A stretch of 64,000 bases of DNA from Klebsormidium nitens (taxonomy: Eukaryota > Plantae > Klebsormidiophyceae), in NCBI GenBank assembly GCA_000708835.1, contig DF236974.1, positions 50,626-114,625 on the forward strand. Direction: 5' to 3'. The stretch's first letter is position 1. Every line of letters starts with the position of its first letter. Below, piece by piece: positions 49,218 to 59,500 of the stretch. Both the position numbers and the translations under genes were made by a program. Under the pieces are notes generated by a model. The model was not told the origin of the DNA and made no database searches. It saw only the letters and a list, made by a program, of their open reading frames with translations.

Positions 49218-52200
49218 TCACCGCGTCATTGAAGCGAGACCTCGTCCGCTGTACAACAAATGTTCGAATCCACCGCCTGTTGATCGAGGCCTCAACCAGG
49301 CCACCGCTGACCTCAGCACCCGCGCTTCGCCCCTCAACACGTCATACGCCATCTGCACCCGTCGCCTCGCGACCTTCTCTCCGTCCAAACCAACACTATC
49401 GTCTGAAAGAACGTGCTCCGAGCTTCTGGTCGACTTTGCCGTTACCGAATTGTCGGCTTTTCGACGAGAACCCGACGAACCGCCATCCTCGTTCTTATGC
49501 CCCTCACCCGCAACACTACGATGCAAGCCCAACGCCCCAGCATCTACGTCCCCGTCGAACTCCAAAGACTCAGCTTTCAACGCGTCGTTTCCAAGCAACC
49601 CGTTTCGGGGACTCTCCCCGCCCCGCAACAGCTCCGCCAGCCGTGCCTCCTGCTCGCGACACGTGTCGTACATGTCCTCCAGCCGAACTAGAAGCGCGAG
49701 CAGCGCCTCAGCTTCTCGGTCCGCCGTAAGCGAGCCACGGGACGCGAGCCGCTTGCCGCGCTTTGTGGCCGCCTCCATTTGGTCCAACTCTGCTGACGTC
49801 GCGCTGACGACCCGCTGGAAGGCCTGCAGCCGTCGGGGGATCCCCTCGCCACGGCCGGCTGCGCCAGACTTGGACTCCCTGCGAATACGGAGACGGCTAA
49901 TGCAGTAAGAAGTGACACCGAGCGACGCGACTTTCCAGAGCTTTGACAACTAGAGCTTTTGGAAAGAACGACCGCTTCACAGTGTTTCGCATCCATCCCG
50001 TCGAAGACTGCATCCAAGCCGGTAGTCGAATCAGCGACAGTCTGACTAGCTCACGAACATTATACAACCCCGCTCCCCATTTCCAGAGCTCCGCTTATCA
50101 TTGAAAGAAAAACTTCAAACCGTCAACGGCGGGATGCAAGGAGTGACAGAGCTGTGTACAAGTTACGCGGCCCATGGAGGAATGAGGCCAGGTATCGGTT
50201 GGATTGAGCAGCGTACTTTAGTGTGAACCAGGCACCGCCGTCCGGGTCCCCTCCGGTGGTTGCTTGCAGGTCGAAGGCCGCGCGCAGCAACTCCGCTTTC
50301 CGTGGCTTGAGAGGGTCGGCAGTGGGGAGCGGCATCCAGACTGCCCTCTGGGGTACCGAAACAAAAAGCGGAACGATTATATGAATGTGTGACGGTATGT
50401 TTAGTAACGTCATGAGAGGATGCATGTAGACCGGTGCAGGGTCAGGAATATCCGTTGCAGGATTGGCACAACAACGATCTTGCAACGGCAGCATACCGAT
50501 TGGACTTGGTACGTGGGTTGGATGCCACGTGGACGGCCTGCTCTCGCTGCCCCGATCTGGAGACTGAATTACTTAGTCACGTGCTGAATAAATGCATGGA
50601 ATGTGGACCAGGATGAGAGATTACCGTCACGCCAAACTCATCGCTCAGAGAGCCAAACAGAGTCATATAGGGACCCAAACGACCGTGATTGAAACGGATT
50701 TTGAGAAGATCATCGATGATTGCCATGGAACGCTGGCAGCTCTGCAAAATACCTATAAGAAATATGATGATTCGGTTGAAGAGGGGCTGGCGTTGAAGAG
50801 AACCGTGGAGGAGGTGCAAGCTGCTCACGCAGAAGAGGTTGAAAAACTTCAAAGTGATTTTAACAAGCCACCGGCTAATCACAAAAACAGTAAATGCGGA
50901 TATCTGCAGATTTGGCTGCCCATGAAAAAGAAACATCCGTGGCACAACTCAAACTAAAGGACGCGTTTCGCCTATCTACTTATTGCACAAGATTCGACTC
51001 AAGAGCCTACTGAAAGCTCGACACGCCTGGCTCACTAGCAGGCGCGCCCAAACCCGGGAGGCCTGACATTCGGAAAAGGGTAGCCGGATCCAGCACAACC
51101 GATCCTTCAATTTCGGGGACAATCCGAATTCGACGAACGAGAGAAGCTCACCTGATCGTGCTGGTTCTCTGCCAGCGTGAACCCAAAGTCCAGCGCAAGC
51201 GTCGCGTTCGGCGCATCCCCATAGCTTATGAGCACCTGCTCGCCGGGCTCGTAGTCGCGGTCCGCATCAATATACGCCAGCCCCGCCTCCTTATCGTAAG
51301 AGAGATGCGAGATCGAGCCCCCGTCGTGGTTGAAGAAGTCGACGAACGGGATCATCGAGATGTGGTCCAGGTCTTCGATCATCCAGGCCCGAGAGCACAC
51401 TAGCGCATAGCCGTGCTGAAACTCAGACTCGGAAAGGGGGACGAGGTCGAAGAGGTCGGGACGGGATTGCATGACGGGCCGCAGGGCGTCGTACTCGGCG
51501 GCCATCATGCGGCGCCGCTCGCGGGTGACGTCAGCGAGGTTGGACCCGCGGAGGAGCGCCAGCTCACTGTCGCTCCAAAAGACAGTACTGCAGGGCAATC
51601 TCGAACCTGTCAATTCCTGAAAAACCAAGGGTGCATTGCCGAGCAAGTGTTGCTTAGAGGCCCTTCAAGAGTTTTCGAGTGGTCGTTTTTGAGCAACACA
51701 CAGAGTAAGCTAGCAACAAGCAACGACTTCGTCAAGATTGCCGTGAATGTCGTCCCCTTTGAACTCCCAAAGGCAGAGAGATACACCGTGACTTACAGAG
51801 AATCAGAAATGGAGTGTCGCAATGCAGAACACAAAAAGACCCGTTAGCGTGGTAAGCGTCAGTTCCTTTCTATATGTCAACATCAACGTTGGACATTTTC
51901 CCCAGCAAGCCGCCCTCTTAGAAAATATCCCCTTGAACCAACCTCACCCTTCTTATGCCCTCTCTCAAAAGACATGCCCCCACCTGTCCAGTTCCTCCAG
52001 GGGGGGCATCGCCTGCACGTACGGCGCCCACTCGCTTTTTCCCCCTCTCCGTCGCTCCAGCGTCAAAAAGACCGCCATTCGACCCCAGTCCGTGACATCA
52101 TCCGGAAGCGCATCCCGCAACTCCTCAGCCAAACTCTGGGGGGTTGCAATGAGGCCCCTGCTCACTTCTACCAGAGACTCTCCCCTGTTCACCGCTTTTG

Positions 52201-52870
52201 ATGTGAACAAGCCCCGTCCGAGTGTCGGGTGGTCGCGCGGCAGCATGGGGCCCTCCACGAGGAGCCAATTCTCACCGCGGGCGGCGAGCCAGCGCGCCAT
52301 CTCGGAAGTTTGCCACTCAACGACCCAGTCTGAGAGGGGGGAAGCTGTGTTGGGCGAGTGGTGGGTGTTAGAAGTGAGGCTTGTGGAAATAGGGTCAGTG
52401 CGGACATGCTGTTGATCTGAGGCGGTCGATAGGGCCGCATCAATGGTGGTGGCAGTGGCAGCTGGCGCCCTAGAAGAGGCTCTGCTGTGACGTGCAATTG
52501 CAGACCAGCTGTTCAGTTGGTGGGATCTCAAGATTCTGCCAGCCTTCTTTGCTTGTAAACCAATGTGCGACTGCAGTGGGAATGCGGGACGGTAGCCAAC
52601 GTCAACTCTCCCAGTGGGCAACCTCTGCTTTTTGAGGCAGCCGTCGCCAGCGCTAACCGCATGGGCGCTCGAGTGTCGCGCGACCTCTGAAATTCTTCGT
52701 TGGCGCTTCTGCACATTTGGACTGGTTGTGAACCGGCTGCGACAGGGGACAGGAATGTGCCTCAGTGAAAGGCCAGCCAATGACCACTGTTCAAAAATGG
52801 TGACGGTCCATCCGCTAAAGTTTTGCCGCGACGCAGAGATAAGGCTCCTTGCACTCATCTGGGGATGCAT
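49218..52870 (-). CDS. SET-domain protein methyltransferase (Rubisco LSMT/SETD3-like family), 4 exons
   Basis: Exons ~52870-51984, 51587-51152, 50347-50217, 49878-49218. Motifs GRGLFTSKAV, SEWAPYVQAMP, STVFWS, VCSRAW, MIPFVDFFNH, EQVLISYG..PNATLALDFGF, GEGIPRRLQAF, QMAYDVLRGEARVLRSA. 5' end uncertain. Confidence 0.88.
50434..50957 (+). pseudogene. Nested antisense ORF relic (coiled-coil-like) in SET gene intron 2
   Basis: Overlapping ORFs 50434-50616 and 50592-50957 in different frames. The latter is helical and charged (ETDFEKIIDDCHGTLAALQNTYKKYDDSVEEGLALKRTVEEVQAAHAEEVEKLQSDF). No homolog recognised. Confidence 0.4.
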
Positions 52871-53571
52871 CTGTACTGGCTACAAGACGCAGCTCTTTGC
52901 CAACACAGGTTAGCCTTGACTTGCAAAAGCAATGCACCACGGTCTGCGAAACATGGGCAGGGCGATGCTGTTGGCAACCTCAGGCAGTGATGTTGCCCAC
53001 GTTGAAGCCAGCAGAATACTTCGAGGCTTGAGGGCCAGCTCTGCTCTGCTCAGCTCCAGCAGCTCTCGGGTAGTGGTTCGGGCTGCTCACGAGTCATCTC
53101 TGCTGGCGCGGCTGCCGCCATACCGCCATTCCACTGCTGCTGCACCAGCAACTTCAAATCAATCAATGAATGCACTGCATGATGTCAATTGGCAAAGTTC
53201 CGAGACAAGCAGAAGGGACGTTGCCACCATGGCAGCCACGACGGCAGGAAAGTGCAAAAAGCGCCAAGAATCTACAATACGTGGCTTGCTTGAAGCCCTT
53301 TGGAGACAACTCTGCTCCATTTTCAACCGTCCGATACAGGTCGGCTCTGCTTGAAAATGGAGTGGACTCTGGAGCTTCGGACTTGCCTCCTTGATTCTGA
53401 ATCTTGAACTTGAAGTTGATGTCTGAGCAGGGAGAAAAGCACGTCCTTTCCCTAGAGAAACTGATCGAAGGCGTTGCTTTTAAGTACCTAGTGGGACAAG
53501 TTGAAGATGACGTTCTGAGAGGTTGGTGCCGTCTAAGTCTGCTGCAACGATTTGAGTAGGTGATTAGGAGA

Positions 53572-56500
53572 ATGGCGTCTGCTCAATTCCTGGCGGAAGT
53601 GCAAAGTTTTCAGGCGGCAGCATCGATCTTTTGTGGTGGTAGTCCTGGAAGAAGAATGCAGCATCGTTCGGGGGGCCCCAGACAAGTATGGCATTCACAG
53701 CTGACTTCCAACGTGATAGTGCCCCTCCAAAATTTGCATGGTTCATCAGGCTGCTCGACTTTTACTTCTCTACATCAACCTGGTGCTCCAATGCATGCAA
53801 GCAGGAATGCTGCTCTTCTAAATGTCACACACAGCTGGCCACCAACTAGACTGCGGAGACAGCTCACAATCACCGCCCGTGCTACGAACAATGGAACCAT
53901 AGTCACCCGACCCGCGCCCCCCAGGTATGAAACCCCTCTAGGAAACTCAGACAATGGGGCCGCCTATACTGCTCTCACGTCCCAGAACGGAGCCGCCAGG
54001 AAAGGTGATGTCAGCAACATGTACAGAGCTGAGGTCAGCAAGGCGGCAGCTGGGACGAGCATTCAGCTGGACAGCAGGAGGTATCCGCTGGCGGGTGGGG
54101 AGAGTACGAGGATCGAGGTGCGGGAGTATGAGGATACCAGCGAAAAAGGGGACACGTTCACCAAGTACTCGGGCTACATCTTTGATCAGGCGGACGGAGA
54201 GGCCAACACGTGGCCCGAGTACGACCAGCAGAAGATTGCCAGGTTTGGCCTTCATTCCCACACTTGATAAACCAATCGTCAATGCCGCTTTGATGGAGAC
54301 CCTAAAGGTTGATGCAAGCTCCTTTCGATGCTGGTCTTTTTGGTGCACCAGAAAGTCAGGAAAACGGCCACATTTGGCTTTCACTCAAACACCCGTCAGT
54401 CTCCCAATGCTGTCTAACGGAGGACAATCATAGGCCTGACGCAAGCTCCATCTAATGGGGGTCTTGTTGAAGTTAGGAGATCTCAAAGTCATTGATCAGG
54501 AGACTGCTTTTCTGTGTACTTTTGACGAAAAACGTTTTAAATTTCATGTGAGCTTCACCTGGTGGTGGATTTTGTAAGAATTCTGTAGGAATGATTTGAA
54601 ACTTGTTGAAAAGAGAAGTGCTGTTTGTATACTATCATTCAATCCACTGAAATGGTGGAACTTAGTCAGGGCGGACTTATGTTGGGGGAATGCAAGATTC
54701 AATGGTGATGCTCTTGCATCCATAATGAGATCAATTGGTCATACGAGAGCAGCCAGAATCCAGAATATTCAAAGACGTGGTTTGAGGAATGAATCAACAA
54801 TCGGTTGGCCCCCTCGTATCAGCCATTATAGTGGCCAACGTCAATAGAAAGCCCCGAAACAAAGATCAACAGGGGATTCCCCTATCTTCAGATACTATCA
54901 GGCCCGCCCCTTTCTGTTGGCCCGCCGCTTGGTCCAAATTGGCACCACGCTCGGGGTGTGGCTCGGGAAACGATGGCTCGACTCAAAGCGCGGGCGCACC
55001 ACCATTATGTTCCCAAAGAGGGCGGCACAGCTGCGCGCCGCACTTATGGAGCTAGGGCCTGCCTTTGTCAAGATTGGGCAAGCGGTTTCGAGTCGGTGAG
55101 GTTTTGGAGTGCGTCTATTTGGATTCTATGATCGGGGTTCCTCTCTGCGAACATTGATTGGATTCGTTGAAGGGCACCTCTTGTGTCGGTACATCTACAC
55201 GTCTGTAGTGAGTGCGAGCAACTTTAGTTCGTTTTCTCAGACTTTTGGAGCCGACCAGCAAGACCCAAGAATCTGATACTCAGAGCCAGCGGGATGGTTG
55301 TGAGCTACCGACATTGCGCAGCTGTCTCCCCAAGGTGCAACTTTTGAACTGTGGCAGTTTCAAAATGGTTGAGGCCAGGTTCCTTCAACCGTTTTGGCGA
55401 TCAATCCACCAGCTGGCCATTGTCTCGATGGTTGACGAAGTTTGGCCATGTGCATGGCATCCTGGAGTAACTTGCTGGGAAGTGGGAGAGCGGGTGTGAC
55501 TGTGACGTCATGCTGACGTCAGTTCCTTGTTTTATGCTTGAAGGCCCGATGTGGTGCCACAAGAGTTCCTCAAGGAGCTGGAGAAGCTGCAGGTGGGTTA
55601 GCCGCTAAACCACTCTCCATCAATGTCGTCACCCATGTTGTATTCGAGTCGAAATCAAATTCTCGTCGAGAATCCCATTGCGGAGAGTACTGTGGATCGA
55701 CGCTTAGATCAGCACTCTTGCGGATCTCGTTGGAAGGCGCCCGAATTCGGCAATCGCAGGGCCGTATCTGGTTCAAAGGCAGCTGCTCCGAACTCGTATC
55801 ACCTCGCTCACTTTCTCTACTCTTCATTCGCTTTGGCGCATTATTTCTGCCCTCGAAAGCGAATCGCAGCACGGGATAGCCTCCTGCGTTCCCCGACCGA
55901 ACCTCCAATCGCTCCTTTGCAGGACCGCATCCCGCCCTTCCCCACCGACATCGCTCTGGACATCATCGAAGAGGACCTGGGCGTGCCCATCGAGACGCTG
56001 TTCTCGGAGATTTCCCCTGAGCCGATTGCGGCTGCGTCGCTTGGGCAGGTTTACCAGGCGCGCCTACGGCCCAACGGGCAGGAGGTCGCCGTCAAGGCAA
56101 GCCGCCAGGCCGGTTGCATCAATTTTCTGAAAGTGTCGGAATGGTGGGGCTTTTCTTGGGTTTCGGAATGGACCGCAAATCCTCGCGGGAGTGGAATAAA
56201 ATCTGGTTCTTGATTTTCTTCGATTATTGCATTCCGGTCTGAAATCTCTATAGCAATCAAGTTTGAATGGCCCATGGGGCAACGGACGCATCAAACGAAG
56301 ATAGGGCAGAGTCGACTCTTAACTCGGAGTATCGTCTTTGTTAGAAATCGCCTTCAACTAATGGGCGGACTTGTTTTGGCGTGTGCAGGTTCAGCGGCCA
56401 GGGGTGATGGCTGCGATCGCGCTGGACGTACACATCTTGCGGATATTGGCGGGGCTGGGCCAGCGGTACGGCAGGCTGAACACAGACCTCCAGGTACGGA

Positions 56501-59500
56501 AGCGGCGTCCCGTCTTTCAGCTTACGTTGCTTTACACTCGCTTATGAGTTCCAAGCCGTTCGAGAGTTGGACGATGTTGCCAGGCTTGCACTCGTCTGGA
56601 GATTCGGAGGTCGAGCACCGAACACAACCCACCTGATGACAAAAAAGTCTTGGGTTCATCCGTGTTGCCAACAGTCCACATCGGAAGAACGAGTTAAAAG
56701 TGCCGAAACGGCGCAAGCCATGCAGGTAGTCGATGCATGGTCCTTCGCCAAGCAATTGCAGCCACCAGACTGATCGGAATGGTGGAATTTCAGAGTTTCC
56801 CTCAAAGAGAGGCAGGTCGTCAATTGTCCACTCATTCGCGCTTTTTACGACACAAAGGGTTTCTGCTTGCATCTGGCGGAAAAAAATCTATGTCATATGC
56901 TTCGGGTTTCTTGCTCTGCTTCATCAATGCCCTAAAGGTTAGCTGGAGGCAGTGCAGTTGGGGAGAGCGCATGTTCGACTGCAGCTACGAAAATGGGAAC
57001 ACCGTGTACCTCGCCCCGTTTTCCCATTTTGGACAATTTCCAATGCCGGTGAACTTAATCCTGCTGATTGTTTCAACACATTGAGGCCCTGTCCGACTCC
57101 CCAGGCGGTGGTGGACGAGTGGGCAGCCAGCCTGGTCAAGAACTTGGTGAAGCTAATTTGCTATGTTCCAAATCCAGTCTTCTGAAAAGTTTCAAGGTGG
57201 CTAGGAGTACGAAGCAGGTAAACCTCTGGGATACGGTTTCTGGTAGTATTTCTATTACTTTGACACACTATCACTTTTGAAATCCCTTGGTCCGACTCCC
57301 CAGGCGGTGGTGGACGAGTGGGCCGCGAGCCTGTTCAAGGAGATGGACTACAACGCGGAGGCGCGCAACGGGCTGCGCTTCAAGAAGCTCTTCGGCGCAA
57401 TCAACAACGTGATGGTGCCGACGGTGTACCCGGAGCTGACCAGCAAACGGTGAGCCGATTTGACGGGAGGAAGAAGTAAAACGGAGATCAGAATACATGA
57501 TGTCACATCGGTCCAGCAGAGACGACAGCTTTCGATTGACTGCGTTACATGCACGGACGAATGCGGAGGGAGTGACGGAGGGAAAGGCCCAACGAGACGT
57601 TCTACCAAGGAAGCAATATAAAGGGAAAATGCATTACCACCACTCTTCGAGTGAGAGATCACCGATTCGTGTTCTGCTCTGGTTCTTCATATGCTTTGTG
57701 GGTTGAATCAACCGAGTAACTCCCGTCATATAAAGACCACCAGCCGAATCGGATCGGAAGAGTGGTCAGAGCGAATTTTCTGTTTCGCGTTTCCTTTCCT
57801 GTGCGCAGAGTGCTGATCATGGAGTGGGTGGAGGGGCAGCGGCTATCGGAGGGCGGCGTCACTCCCGAGGACCTGCGCATGGTGGAGGTCGGCGTCTACT
57901 GCTCCCTTTCGCAGCTGCTCGACTCAGGGTTCTACCACGCGGACCCCCACCCGGGAAACCTGCTGCGAACACCGGACGGCAGGCTGGCGTACCTGGGTAT
58001 GCTGACGTCCAATGGAATGATAGACAATTCTCTTGATGATACTGCTCAATACTAGTAGGTTGTGGGCGTGCGGAAGATGTCCATCCAAGTATATTTCCTA
58101 TAGACCTTCGTTTCCAAGTGCTGCCCCTGAGGCACAGTTGCAAATCGGAAAGGGTAATATTGGAGGCAAACTCTTGCAACTACATGTCAGCTGCTGTTCG
58201 TCACCGACAGTTGCGCAGTCCGTCAAAGGCATAAACTCCCATCCTTGAAAGGTCCTCGATAACCCAAGCGAGTTTGCCGAAAGCGGATCCAGACTTCAGG
58301 TTTTTTTACTCTTTGACGTAACAGACATTGGCATGATGGAAAGATCAAACCAGAATCTGCCAAAGCGGCCCTTTGGAACTAATCAGTTCCATAAAACCCA
58401 GGTTTACTTTGAGCCCTAACTTTTATTGCCAAGACGCAAGTTTTAACCCTTGATCCTTAACCCGCAGACTTCGGCATGATGGGCGAGATCAAGCAGAACC
58501 TGCGTGAGGGCCTCATCGAGGCGTGCGTGCATCTGGTCAACCGGGAGTTCAACCTTTTGGCGAAAGACTTCGTAACGCTGGGCCTGCTGCCGCCCACGGC
58601 GGACATGTCGGCGGTCGCCCCCGCGCTGACCGGCGTTTTCCAGTCGGCCATTGCCGGGGGCGTCCGAAACATCAGCTTCGGGGACCTGTCCGGCGACCTT
58701 GGCCGGACGATGTACAACTTCAAGTTCCGCATACCGGCCTACTTTTCGCTGGTGATCAGGAGGTGGGTTCCGGGTGTGTGTCTTTCTTTACCCCTTTTAA
58801 GTAATGCAGAGATTCGGGCGAGAGCTTTTTTGGGTTATGGGAAGCTGACTTGACGACATTCCTGTAGTATTCGTTAGGTTTAAGGTTGCCTGGTGTAAGT
58901 AAATCATGCGCCTCAATGAAGTGTAAGCATGACCTCAAAGCGGGTTGGAACCTTTCACGGGCTTCCCCTAATCCTGGTCAATCCTGAACGTCGCCAAAAT
59001 GAAGGCGCACCCCTCTGGATTTTGTTTTCTCAGAAGTGATTCTGAATGGTCGGCTTGCTTAAGTCTCGCTTCGGAGGAAGGTTGACAAACGATCTGCGGA
59101 CTGGCCTAAGGAGGGGTGTACAGATACCGTTCTCGAGACGGGGTTCAGATACATCTACGATGATCAGCTGATAACCTGATCAAGTACTGGGGCTGACTTT
59201 CAGGACGATATCTTTTAAGCATAGAGGAGAGGAGTTATCTGTGGTGTGAATCTCTCCGTGCGATGCTGCAGCTTGACGGTGTTGGAAGGCATCGCGCTCG
59301 CGAGCGACCGCAACTACAAGGTGCTCGGCGCTGCGTACCCGTGGATCGCCAAAAAAGTGCTCACGGACAGGTCGCCCGCACTCCGGGCCACGCTGAAAGA
59401 GCTGCTGTACCAGGTGGGCCCCTAAAGCCCTTCAAAGAACGAGTTTCTGATGCTGTTTCACAGGGCATTGGAGGGCCCCTGGCGTCTACATGGTCGCGGT

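Noticed and set aside
48965-49908. Plus-strand ORFs of 254 and 236 aa
   Set aside because: Antisense shadows of the last SET exon and its 3' flank; no independent motifs.
52932-53394. Plus-strand ORFs between SET and ABC1K
   Set aside because: Low-complexity promoter/UTR region with no recognisable domain.
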